Shown one piece after another: positions 1 through 12,200 of a stretch of 40,685 bases of DNA. Origin of the DNA: Phoronis australis (taxonomy: Eukaryota; Animalia; Phoronida); the NCBI GenBank assembly GCA_002633005.1, contig NMRA01000495.1:1-40685 (forward strand), written 5' to 3'. Numbering within the stretch: position 1 is the first letter of the stretch; each line of letters starts with the position of its first letter. The position numbers and the translations under genes were made by a program. Below the pieces are notes generated by a model. It was not told the origin of the DNA and did not search any database. It saw only the letters and a list, made by a program, of their open reading frames with translations.

Positions 1-1300
1 GTCAGAAAATTCATCGGTGAAAGGCACAAAAATAAGGGATTTGTGTGTTTTGACTTTTTAATTGACTAAAAGTTCCTCTTTGTCGATTACCACGTTCTGT
101 AGTTGTTTTTTGTAGAGTTTGGTTTGGTTTTTAAATTGGTGTTAATTTCTAATGTATTAATTATGGGAGGAGTGAATTTCTACTCTTAGTCATTCTCATC
201 GCATAATCCATGATCGTGGGTATTGTTTTAGAAACTAAATAACAGCGATAAGTTACAGTCCTTTAAAACTGAACGTCTTGCGTTGCGGTATTCGTGTTGT
301 TAAAGGCGTCAGTGTAATTCTGCTGGTGTATACAATGTAGTAACATACAACATGTTTGACTTGTTGGCATTGAAAGATTTGCGGGTTATCTCAGTAGTAG
401 CCCTGGTGCAGCAAGTGATTTTTAAATTTGTTTCAACATAAAAATCGAGTCCACATAATTGTCTTATCAGAGTGTAGGTTTATAAAACTTTGCCTTGTTC
501 ATTTCACAAAAACACTTTTTTTGTCATAGATGACTCATCTGTTTTGCAATCGTAAGTGTATTATCTTTATATACGCTCCTTCGTCTTCCAAAATTGTCTC
601 GTTTTAATTTCTGTCTGGTTTATTCATCTGTTTTAACATATTAAATAACTTACTATACCAACAGAAAGTAGACATTGACAATCTGATTATGTACTGGTGT
701 AACGTTTATTTGGCAGCTAGGTTTGAAGACAGGGAGATGAATATTTTGTTTGGAAAATTCTTAATAAATGTGGTGAAAGTATAAACTTGGACTTTTGGTG
801 TACTTCTGTCCCTGACGAAGAATCTGAACGTGGATTTAGGCCACTAATTGCAGTAAATTTGATCTCTACTTGTTCTTATTCAGACAAAATTTTTGGACTT
901 GCACTTTGTTGTTATTCAATGCCATGTTTGGCAAATAAAATGAAAGGTCGTATCAAGTCAATGTATTATAGCCAATTTTAGTTATTGGAACCATCGGTTG
1001 GCAGCAAGTACCATGTTGATGGCAAACTGTTCTCATGTATACAGTATTTTAGTCTTTCCTCAACAGGTACTTAAAAGCATGACCCAAAACTATTTTTTTA
1101 ATTTTGGGGGTTGTGAGAAAGATTTTGCCCGAAAACCTTAATGTCTTTCTTCCATAGTATCAATTTGATATAATTGTAGATTTTTTAATTTATCTGGTAC
1201 TATTATCATGTTCGGTAGTTTATGTGTGGTTTTACTATTGGAAGTTTACTCATTCAGTCTCGTTGCAAAAATGAAATAAAAGATAGCACATTTGTCACAG
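1..1300 (+). other. Probable 3' UTR of a plus-strand gene lying left of the window
   Basis: T/GT-rich plus strand with no credible ORF; several AATAAA hexamers, the last at 1275-1280, after which the composition changes. Confidence 0.35.
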
Positions 1301-2883
1301 AGGTCCCTTCCCTGTAGATTCCCAATATTTATTGACGTGTGTTTGGATGTGTTTGCATTTTCCTAGTTTTTTAACCTTTCGTTTGGTCAAATGCAAGGTG
1401 GATATTTGTCCACTTCCCCTGGCGTTATGGTAGTGATGAGGGGTGCATTTTGGAAACACTAGAATCTCGCGAAAATGTAGGACTTCACAAGATATCACCA
1501 CGAAGTACATCCACAGCGCGTGATCATACTAGCTTCTTGCATCATACTCTTGCTTCTAAAGAACTGGGCCCGGGTACAGCACAGCAGGAATACGCCTGAG
1601 GTTTGTAAGACCTCATGCTGGTTTGTCTACGTCGTGCAAGGTCATAAACCTCATGAGAGGTTATGCCACCAGATTTACCCCTTTTTTGCCAAGTATGAGA
1701 ACCAACAACTGGTTACTAGGCATAGTCTGGTGAAAAGTATACATTGCGAATATCTGTGGTAGACACAAAATTGTTTTCACAAAGCTCCTCAGCAGATCCA
1801 GAGGGCGCTTTGGTACTGGAGTCACTAACCAAGTTGTGGCATCCTTACCGATTCGCAGAATAATATAGGAGCACTTCAAAATACCAGAATGACCGAGAAG
1901 CTATGTGTAGAGAAAGAAACAGATTGGAAAAATTCCATAATAAATTACTTGTTTTCAAATCAAGGGGAACGAATATCAAACAATGACATTTTTTTCGTTA
2001 CAAAAGACAAAGTATATATTAAATTACACATTATTTACACAACAGTGAAAAATATTGACATTCCTCATCAGATTCCAATTGACTAAAACGAGATGTAGAC
2101 CAAGGTTACCTGTAAAATTCATGAAAATAGCAGTATGCGAAAACGTGGCCTAAATGTGTTCTGTCAGCTTTTTACTCGGTCAAGAAATCAGAAAGAAATA
2201 GTATAAATTTTACACTAGCTGAGACTGCAGAAGTAGTGTAAATTAACAACATGAAAGTTAGAGAGCATGAACAGTGTGGAAAATAAACTTATAAATAGCT
2301 ACACACATTGACTTGTGCCTCCCTCTATTGAACTAGCCTAGTTCCAATTGGCTGACGGCCATATTGCTTTCGGTGAATAAACTAACAACCAATTAATTCC
2401 TAATTCTTCAGTTCCGACATTAGCAATATCCAATTGTAACGTCTTTCCCAATCGTAGTGTTGACAAAAGAAAACTGGCAAATGTTACACACCCAGCTTTC
2501 AGCCGCGTCATGAACCGTTGCTTTGTTGACAGTTCCAGCTGAAGCTGATAGAGAACTTCATTACAAAACAAATCTTGAGCTTTCAGACATGAGAAATTCT
2601 TTCTAGAAATTGTATTTTCAAGGCAAATGATGTCTAAATAAAACTACTGGCTGATAAAGAAACCTCAAAACCATCAACACAAAAGTGTACGTCTAAAAGG
2701 TATACTAGGTCATGTATTGCTAAGAGATTGCTAATTATACTTGTCTGACTTAGCACGTAGTGGTATTCTGCAAACTCAAATGAAAAACAAAAAAATAAAA
2801 ACTGATGTGGTATTACAGTGGGCTGCAAGTACAGAATGATATTTGTGATACTCACAGCAACAAGACAGCTGTGTTAATTGTAC

Positions 2884-3135
2884 ATGGCTACAAGCGCGGT
2901 GTTATCCTGGAGGGTACTGGGTGTTATGTGTGTAAACCTCTAAGATACAATTTGTCGAGTACATTTTCATGGATGGCTATGAATGGGGTGTTATATTCGG
3001 GATTCCTGGATGAAGTACCAGCACTCAAACTCAAAGTTGCAGACTGTTACGTCCTTTACAGACTGTTGTGTCCATTACAGATGGCTATGAACGAGGTGTT
3101 ATCCTCGGCGTCCTTGGTGTAATATCTGTACCACC
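2884..3135 (-). repeat. Degenerate triplication of the SPATA1 C-terminal/stop segment
   Basis: Plus-strand ATGGCTAYRAnnnnGGTGTTAT motif begins at 2884, 2973 and 3081. Confidence 0.7.
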
Positions 3136-3237
3136 CAGAGCCGCAAGTTGTTGCGTTCTCACGAGATTGACGTTTATCTTCTTCTGAGACAGCTCTGCCC
3201 GCAAAGCTCTCAGTTCAGTTTCAGCTTGATTTCTCAA
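3085..3237 (-). CDS. SPATA1: SPATA1-like terminal coding exon 13 (LRNQAETELRALRAELSQKK...RITPRS*)
   Basis: TATTTCAG acceptor; TAG stop at 3085-3087. Confidence 0.9.
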   Translation of the reverse strand: MRNQAETELRALRAELSQKKINVNLVRTQQLAALGGTDITPRTPRITPRS

Positions 3238-6200
3238 CTGAAATAGCACAATGTTCACGACATTAAAGTTACGAAAGTCATCAAATGAAATCTTTTCACA
3301 GAAAAGTAATTTCCTTATCAATAACTCAATGTAAACGTGTAGCAATAACAAGGCCAAGTGAAAGTCGTGAACGTAGAAAAAATTAAAACGCATCGTGTAG
3401 TGGCAAACTTAAGGCAATCCATTTGGTTAGGATTATGAATGCAAACTTGCTGTTCAAAAAACTCCAAAATGTGTTTCGGGTAACACGGAGGTTTTTAAAG
3501 ATGGTGCTGTAAGTGGCTTTGAAGAGGACAGTAACCGTTACTTGTGGTAATTACCGTTTCTTTGACAAATATGTACCATCCAGGAAACTATAGAATGTGA
3601 CGTAAACAGACCAGCGAAGGGCTCACATCTGGGATCTGCTTTTACTTAATCAATGTACATGTGCCATTTTTGTGTTCGTAGTTTAAGTGTTAGCCAACCC
3701 CAATCAACCCTGAAGCATTTCACTGTGTTGCTGAGGGTTACGGTGTTCTTGTTGGTAACAGAATGCTGTCATGGTAAGAAAATAATATTACGAGACAGAT
3801 TTTCATTTTTTTAGACAGCTAAACAGGGCAAAATGCAGCTGCTTCAAAAAATTTCATGGGGATTAATTGACAATGCGCTTAAATTAGGTGGGTGCATTGA
3901 AAACATTGAATGCTTAGTAATTTTACAATAAATCCCAACTTCATTTCTAGAATAATATAATCCAGTGTTTGAACTATTTTCACCGACTTCAAAATTTGAC
4001 GTCAAAAGTCCAGTATAGAACAAAGAGTGAATTACATTATACATTGCACCCATTTGAATTATCGCCAGATTGTATACACTGCACCCATTTGAATTATCGC
4101 CAGGGTGTATAAATTGGAGAAAAACACCAAAGTGAGTGAGTTAAACTAGATGTAAAGAAGTAAGAAAGTTCCTTCAAGACCCACGCAGCACTAATTAGGT
4201 CAGGCCAAAATCGCAAACTTCAAATTCTTGTAATAAATCAAATTGGCGGTTGTGAACCTCTCTGTTGAAGAAATCAATGAAGACTATTCACTCCATGGTT
4301 TTACCATACATAGTTAGTAACAAAGTTACAGTAACTCGATGATAAAAACCAAAACAAACCACAACAATGGTTATCCAAGATAACGCTGAATGGGGCTTTA
4401 AAAAGGAGACTTAAATTCAGGAATGAGCGATAAACTGAATGTGGGCAATAACAGCCCCCACCCCCCAAGCTCCCCACCTCAAAGTGGTTTCGAGACGTTA
4501 CCTTCATTTCTGCTGTAAGTTTGACTTTAGCCGTTTCAACCTTCCTCTTCAATTCGTCGTTGTCGTGAATCAGCTTTGTGGCCTGGATTTTATAATTGTT
4601 CTGAAAAATAACTGAAGGGTTAGCAAAACAACACATTCGAGATGACTAAACGTGTAACTCGGGCATTACAATAGTCATTGCGTTTCAATATCCAATAGGT
4701 TCACTACAACAAAAACAACTTAACTGAATACCTAAAGTTGATCCTTTTCATTCAGAAAATTTGCTACGTGTCAACACACACAATCTCATACTGCACTACT
4801 TCAGAGAATGACATTTATAACGGAGACTGCATGTATCCTAGTGCCCTCTATAGGACTTCTAGCTCCTCTAGTCAAAACACAACTCGGTACAAGTACAAGC
4901 TGTGGTCACCTTGATTGAAGGGTTTCCAGCCGTCTTCTTGCTGGTCTTGTCCTTGTTGACTTCCAGCTGAGCCATCAGTTTACGATGTAACATGTCCACC
5001 TCGTTGCGTAGTCGTGCACTCTCATCTTCCAATGGGCCAGTCTTCTTTTTCTCATCAAAATACTTCTTCTTCCACATATCTCGAGCTGCAAGAATGAGGC
5101 AACATCAAATATTAATTATACAGTCAAGTTTCATGACTTTTTTGTCTGAGTTTTAGACTAACTGCCAAATGGGTTATTAAAAATGGCGCCATGTTCATCT
5201 TTAAATCCCATAGCTCCCCACAATAGTGCCATCAGAGTAGTTACTCACTAGTACCAATTGTAGTAATTAGACTAGCAAATAGTAATTAGTAATCACGATA
5301 GCAATAAATAGTAATTACAAAACAGGAGCATACCCTATCCACTTTTGACAATGCCTATGGCATTTATGGCAAGATATTGAAAAACCAGTGGGTGAGCATT
5401 GAGGTCAACTTAAATAAGTAAACATGGTAGATTTTTTCAAATTTTGGGGTTGGGTTTGTGTATCGTAAATAATGGTTTCTAATAATAAAGATACCTAAAG
5501 TACAAGACAAAAGTAATCAGAAAACATACGTCATGACGGCTAAATCAGTCATAACAGCAAAACTGACAGCAAAATTATCATGAGAGCAAAATTATGATTA
5601 CATAATGGCATAGCCAACTCACTAGACTCTCCTATTAATAGTACTTCATTCTCAGTCGCGAGAGGTATCCACTCTGTCAAAAAATTTGGCTTCTGCCCAG
5701 CTGTGACACAACGGGCAATTCTGGGTCGTTTTGTCAGAATACTTTTGGCGTTTACTGTATATTATTATTTAAGTAATATTACTGGACAGTACTACAAATG
5801 GAAATGTCCGTGTTCTCTACTCCCCCCTTCTGTCGTCCCCAACCCTCACCTTGGCTCCGCCTGTTGTTCGTCTTAGTCTGCATGGCTTTCGCCCGTCTGA
5901 CCAACTCTTCCCGTTTCCTCTCAGCCTCATTACGCTCCTGCCGGGCCTGCTCAATCTCCTCCAAAAGCTTGTCTCCTAGGTAACCAAATAAGTCACAAGA
6001 TTAGTAGGAAAGCATTCTGTAGACCTAGTTTCTTGCTAGAAATTTTAAAGCAAAATCTCACAAGATTTAAAAACGAGTGTTTCATGAAAACACTCGGAAG
6101 CTTACAAGCTTGTCCTAGCAAAACGGCAGTCACTAAAGTGATTGTTCGCTGAGGTTAGAGTGTTAAATTATGGGATTGCATTTTGTGTTTCTGTTTGAGT

Positions 6201-9200
6201 GAAGATTTTTTTGCTGCGCGTGCAAGATAGCACCTTGCAGTCTTAGGAACTCTACCAAGGTATAATTAGTCGGAGTATTTCGATAGCAACTTTTTTCAAG
6301 ACATGATTTGTTCAACACTATATAATTACATAGCCTTAATTGGCAGTCTCTCCAGTTGACGGCAGTGGGATCTTACATCAGGTGTCAAGTTTGTACAGCA
6401 ATTGTCCCAATTATGTGACCTCGAAATAACACCAGTATTATTGACTTCCGAGACCTCAGAACAATTGCTGTACAACTGAGACCCGGCGCCCGAGGCCCAA
6501 CTTGACCTTCAATATTGGAGACAGTAACAACTAAAGGCTGTTCAGTGCAAGTGGAATGTTATGTTGAACACAAAGATCTAGCTAGCGTCTAGTAATAACT
6601 GCAGTGAAAAAACACTTTCAACAAAAATTTAAACCCATATTCATGAACACTGCTCACTATGGAAAATTGGATTTTTAACAAAACATCCCTTTTGTCTTAT
6701 GAAAAAAAGCTTTTCACTTCTCTGAAGTCACCAACTGTTACTATGCATTCTATAAGACAATTTTGGAAGTTTGGTTTTCATATTTATTTGAATGTATTAA
6801 ACAATGTAATATTTCAAGTTAAAATATATGATGCTATACAATGGTTATTAATGCAGCACAATCCATATTTCAAACTTCAGGAGGAAGCTGAAATTTTTTT
6901 AGGATCTGTTTGACCTGAGGTGACCTACTTTCTTCTAGCCTTGCTTGATTGACTGCCTCTGAATCCCCACTCTCCAGGTCTAACAGCGGGGGGCTGGGGA
7001 ACTCGTCTCCTCCACCAGAGCCATCCTGAAATGTTTAAGTGATTGTTATTTATTAATAAAGACAGCCAAATTCATCATATAGACATTGACATGATGAATT
7101 TTTGTATATTGATGTGTTTTTTGTAACCATACCTGAACGTGTGGTAAATATTTTTAATTTAGAAAACAAGGAATTTTATTTTATGCATTTTTAACAACTT
7201 TTTTTTCAACTGTTGTGACAACATAACCGAGCATTTGTGGCAACAAAGTCAGCTTTTGAAAAGATTGCAAAATTGAAGAATCTTTATCACTCACAGTAGA
7301 TTTTTGCTTTAATTTGGATTTTTGTTTTATTGGACAATTCTGCACGCATTTGGGATGGCTTCCACAGATACATAAAACACAACTTTCATGTTGGTTGCTT
7401 TTCCAAATATTTCGAATTTTCTTTAATTGCTTGTCATGATGTGCTTGAACTTGGAATTACATATTCGTTAAAGCAATCAGGTGATCTTTAATTGTTGTTC
7501 AATGTAAAGAATTTCTTGTAATTATTGACCCCATGATCCCGCACTTTCTCCTTCACCCCAACTTGTGTCACACAATCAAAGGAATTTGTGCAGAATAGCT
7601 TATCACTTAACAGTGGATTGCCAATAGATGAAAAAACTCAATGAAGGTTATTTAAAATTTACATTATTTTATGAACAGGCGATTTGCTTCAGTGCAGTGC
7701 AATCAATGCGAACGTGTGGCAAGTCTACTCGAGTATTCCAAGTTCATAGATACGTGATCTTGAGATCAAAGGGAACTCCAAGTGCAAGAACAGCAGTCCT
7801 ACTTATACTAAGCAATAGCGTTATATTTTAACACTTTTTCAGCACATACTGCATTATAGAACAATAAAACAAAATGTGAAAAGACAAATCTCGTATCAAA
7901 GATATAACAGGTTTACCCACCTCTTGTACATGATTACTAAACTGCTTATTGGAATGATTCGATTTATCAGGCTGTCCATTTTCCTGCCAAGCCTCAGGAT
8001 CTCGATGAGAGACACCTTGTGTACTCCTGGAAAGTTAAGTTTGTGGTATATGGGCCGTTTGTTCCATTAGTCAGCTTTAAGGCAACTTTGGTAGGGTGGT
8101 TTGAGGAATTTGCATCACAATGAACCTTAACATGAAACAGTATTTTTAATCTTACAGCAATGTACAGTGAAAAAAAGACATAAATTTGACAAAAATACAT
8201 TGATGATATGCAAATCAGATTTCAGGTAGTTTCTCTTCACATTGCTGAGATGAAAGGTCTCGTTATATGCCAATTTGAACCAATCTGGTCTTTTAAGCGC
8301 AACAAAAAATAAGCCTCGGAGGTTGCAGAAATGGTTTGATAAAACTGTTTGTGGTTTTAAAAACCCCAAATAAGCCGAATGGAAACAACGCCTACAAAAT
8401 TTTGAATCAGTGTGCTTCTGCGAGACAGGAAGGGACGATCGTCTAAATTCCTATAGGTCTACGTGTGAATGTTATGAAACTACATTCATTTTTTAATATT
8501 TTAACAAGAATAGCCTGACCAGAATTGAGATCTACTATCTAGGGTTGCAGGGGGGGGGGGAGGGTTAAGCTGACCCTCAGTAAATGAGCACAGTGTCAAA
8601 AATGTTTTTCCTGTCATAAATTTTACCGACTGAATGAGTAAAGTTGCCGTCCATAAAATCAGTCATGCCACTGCTAAGAGCAAGGAGGCAAGACGATTAT
8701 TAATTGAATGCTTTAAATTTCCAAAAATGACAGAATACAAACTTCTACCTCACAGGTACAGTTAAAAATTCTTCAGCTTGGGTCACACAATGTGGTGGAC
8801 ATGTGACATTTCTTTTTGTCAAATTTCTCAACAAAAATAATGTTTCGGGAAAATTTACTTTGCATTTAGCACAGTTTGCATGGTGTAGCTATTATCAAAC
8901 ATTTGATAAAAATTTTGAGCATTTGCAACAATGTGATACTAGTAAGCCTCTGAAAAATAGAGAAGTGGAAATTTTAGCAATTATTTTTGTCCCAAATTGA
9001 AGATGTTTACATCAAATCATTAATGTGATAAAATGTCTCGCGACATTAGTAAGGACTCACCAATTTAGGACACTATACGACTAGTGAAATTTTATTTTCC
9101 CATTTTTCCATGGAAGACGTGTAGCACCAAACTGATGTTTTTCATGAACAGGTTCTGTACCACAGCTGCTGTAGGGCAGCATTTTGAGGAACTGTGGACA

Positions 9201-12200
9201 ATCACAACATGGGTGGAAGTTCTTGAAAATTAAAAAGGGCATATTTAGCAATCTTATACTTTGTCCCAAACTGGTGATGTAATTCTTGACATGTCATGTG
9301 GGGTACATGATTACTTACCTGTCACTGGTTTGCTGATCATGTTTCGAGTTCTTAGGATCACTCGCTCTGCGATTGGTGTCATCTTCGACCCATTTCTGGG
9401 TCAAGTCCTGATTATCTGGTCGCTGGCCGTACTGGTTATTTTTATCATTCTCATCCTGCACCCTGGCCTTTTGCCTAAAAAGGGACGCAAATAATAGTAA
9501 ACACATTCACTCTTGGTACTTCCAACTCAATGACGTAACTTGATATAAATCTATTAACGAATCAGTAAACAATGTTTCAAACTTGTAATTATAGATAACT
9601 CAAAACAACAGCTCTCATGATCACTGTCTAGTGAACGTACTAAGACTGGAACTTTACATAAACTTCTAAAGGTTATGGAAATTATGTAGGGGGTACACCT
9701 CTCATTAGAATGCAGGGCTTGGAATGACCAATGACAAAAAACGCGGAAACTTTGAAACTTTTACGGCCCAAATCATAACCAGCCTAGAAATGGTCAATGT
9801 GAACCTTTCCCCGACAAAAATCGGGACAAAAAAAAAACGTTACCACCATCAGTAGCATGCGTCTGCGTCCTTTTAGCTCGCCTGTCCACTCCCAACCCAC
9901 ACATTTTTGGCTGCAGAGCGGTAGTATTTGTCGCCGCGCTTAACAATAACACGCGACGCCATTGAAAATCCCACCACGCTGTCCCAGATGCCCCGGCAAT
10001 GTTGACAATTTACGTTCCTCCGAAACATAAAGAGCAACTTCCGCTTTTCGAGGTGAACGTCGTCTGCAACGCCGCGGTAAGAAAGGAATTTGCCGCGGAA
10101 ATTTTATATCAAATCCGATTTTTTTACGCGGAAATATTATAAAAAAAGCAGAAAGCACATTTGNNNNNNNNNNNNNNNNNNNNNNNNNNNNNNNNNNNNN
10201 NNNNNNNNNNNNNNNNNNNNNNNNNNNNNNNNNNNNNNNNNNNNNNNNNNNNNNNNNNNNNNNNNNNNNNNNNNNNNNNNNNNNNNNTGCTGTTCATGAA
10301 CCTTTAATGACACATAAGAGAGGTAGCAATAGCTTATATTAAGTCAATTGACGTGCGTTCTGTAGGACATCAGCCTAAAGATATACAACCCAACTCTTAC
10401 CTCTGAACCCCTTTATACTCACACACGCACTGATGATAAGGCACTGAACTCTGACAACTCACCTCTCAATAGAATCGCCACTAGCCTCTCTTCTAAATTC
10501 TTGATCATCAGGCGTCGGCTCTGATATCCCGGAGTCGTCTGCTGTGTTGCTGGTGTGCGTATTGCGTGCATCGTGTGACCTGTCATGTGACCTGGCCGTC
10601 AGTTGTCCCTGGTTACCACCCTGAGAGTCTAGCGGGAGAGGGGGAGGCGTAGCTGACATCGGTGACAGAACCCCATCACCAGGTGGCAGTGCTGACTTGC
10701 GTGCATTTTCTCTGGTTGGTAGCTTAGATGTTATGTGCGTAATTGGGGTTTTTGGATGAGACTGAGGCGGAGAAGTTTTGACAGAATTTTGACTGACTGA
10801 ATTGTCCGGACCCTTTTCCAATGGTTCCTCGGAACCCAAAGGTTTGGGGTGACTCGGAGGAAGTGTGGATTGATCAACAGTCGGAGAGGGAGTGCGTTCG
10901 CCAGGACTCTGGGAATCGGGCAAGGCAAGAATTTCATCTTGTGAAGGAGTTGACGGAACAAGACGGGGCGGTGACAAGTACTGCCGCTCATCAGGTTTGT
11001 GACTGTATGGCTGGGGAAGTAGGTCATTGCCTAGGAGACAGAAATACAGGTGTGCGTGAGGGCACTGTCAGGTGAACTAAATAAAACAATTTTGAAAACT
11101 GGAAAACACTTTCTTTTTTAGTAATCCAGTCACTGGGATTTTTTTGTTACACCATATATTTATGCTAGACAAAAACCCCAAATAAATAACTTTTGTAGTA
11201 TTTACTGATTAAATTCACAAAGCTGACAAAACGATTTGTTAGCCGAAATGACATTTTCATTTAAACTGACTTGAAAAAAAGTCCAATGTTTTGTTTTAAT
11301 AATTAAAAAATAACATTTTGTTTTGTATGTATTACTTTTGGTAGAAAACTCACATCTACAAAAACAATTAATGATTTTCACGCCACCCAACTCAAGGTTA
11401 AGACACACCTGATGTTAACATGCAGTGCAGCGTGCTATGGAAAAGACAAACAGTGCAAAGTCAGGAGAGGTAGGATAACCAAGAGGGCAGCACTTACTGG
11501 GTTGTGCACAGGGAAATCAGCTGAGCTACCAACCAACCAACCAACCAAGACACACAAATCAGCACTACCAAGTCAAAAACAATGTCCCTTAATGTTGCTT
11601 TGTCATAACAATTTTGATTGGCTCATGAAAAGTAAGGCGTCTCTCATTGGCTACCGTGAGTGCAAAATATGCAACCTCAACAGCAGTAAACGCTGGCTCA
11701 AGGAAACAGTACTGGATCCAAGTTAAACACAACATAATCAATTAACCAGTGAGAGAATCTGTGCCTATCTTTTGAGAGATTCAGTTCAACTTCTGGTTGG
11801 CTAGTATTCTGCTACCGCCTCATTTGAATATTCACAAAATGGATGTAACAAAGCAAGATTGGGAAATTCTGACAAATTAAACTTTTCTAAAACATGGTAT
11901 ACACCAGCCCTTAAATAGTGAAATGATTATCAAATTAAAAATACAAATCACGTTACTTAACAAGGTGTGGTAATTATTAGTAAAAGTTTGACCTTTTTAC
12001 GGAGAAGACGAAGACTAATGAATGCGCAACTCGTAACAACGATATAAAAGACATTCTAACTTCTCGCCACCAGGTGACAGAACATGTATAGGTTTTGTCT
12101 TCTGCAAAAGGGCAATTTCCCACAATCCCCTGCGCATACATCTGCTTCTATCCATTCCCTTCTCTTCGTAAAAAGGTCAACAACCACTCAGTTTTGCACA

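Noticed and set aside
3031-3084. Functional stop-codon readthrough extension of SPATA1
   Set aside because: The frame closes after 17 codons and does not reach the duplicated C-terminal copies.
2805-3122. 105-aa plus-strand ORF
   Set aside because: It is antisense to the SPATA1 last exon and UTR and has no recognisable motif; its internal repeats reflect the DNA triplication.
10731-11075. Alternative-frame and antisense ORFs over exon 6 (likewise 13224-13669, 35247-35805 and 38892-39143)
   Set aside because: These are shadow ORFs of real GC-richer exons.
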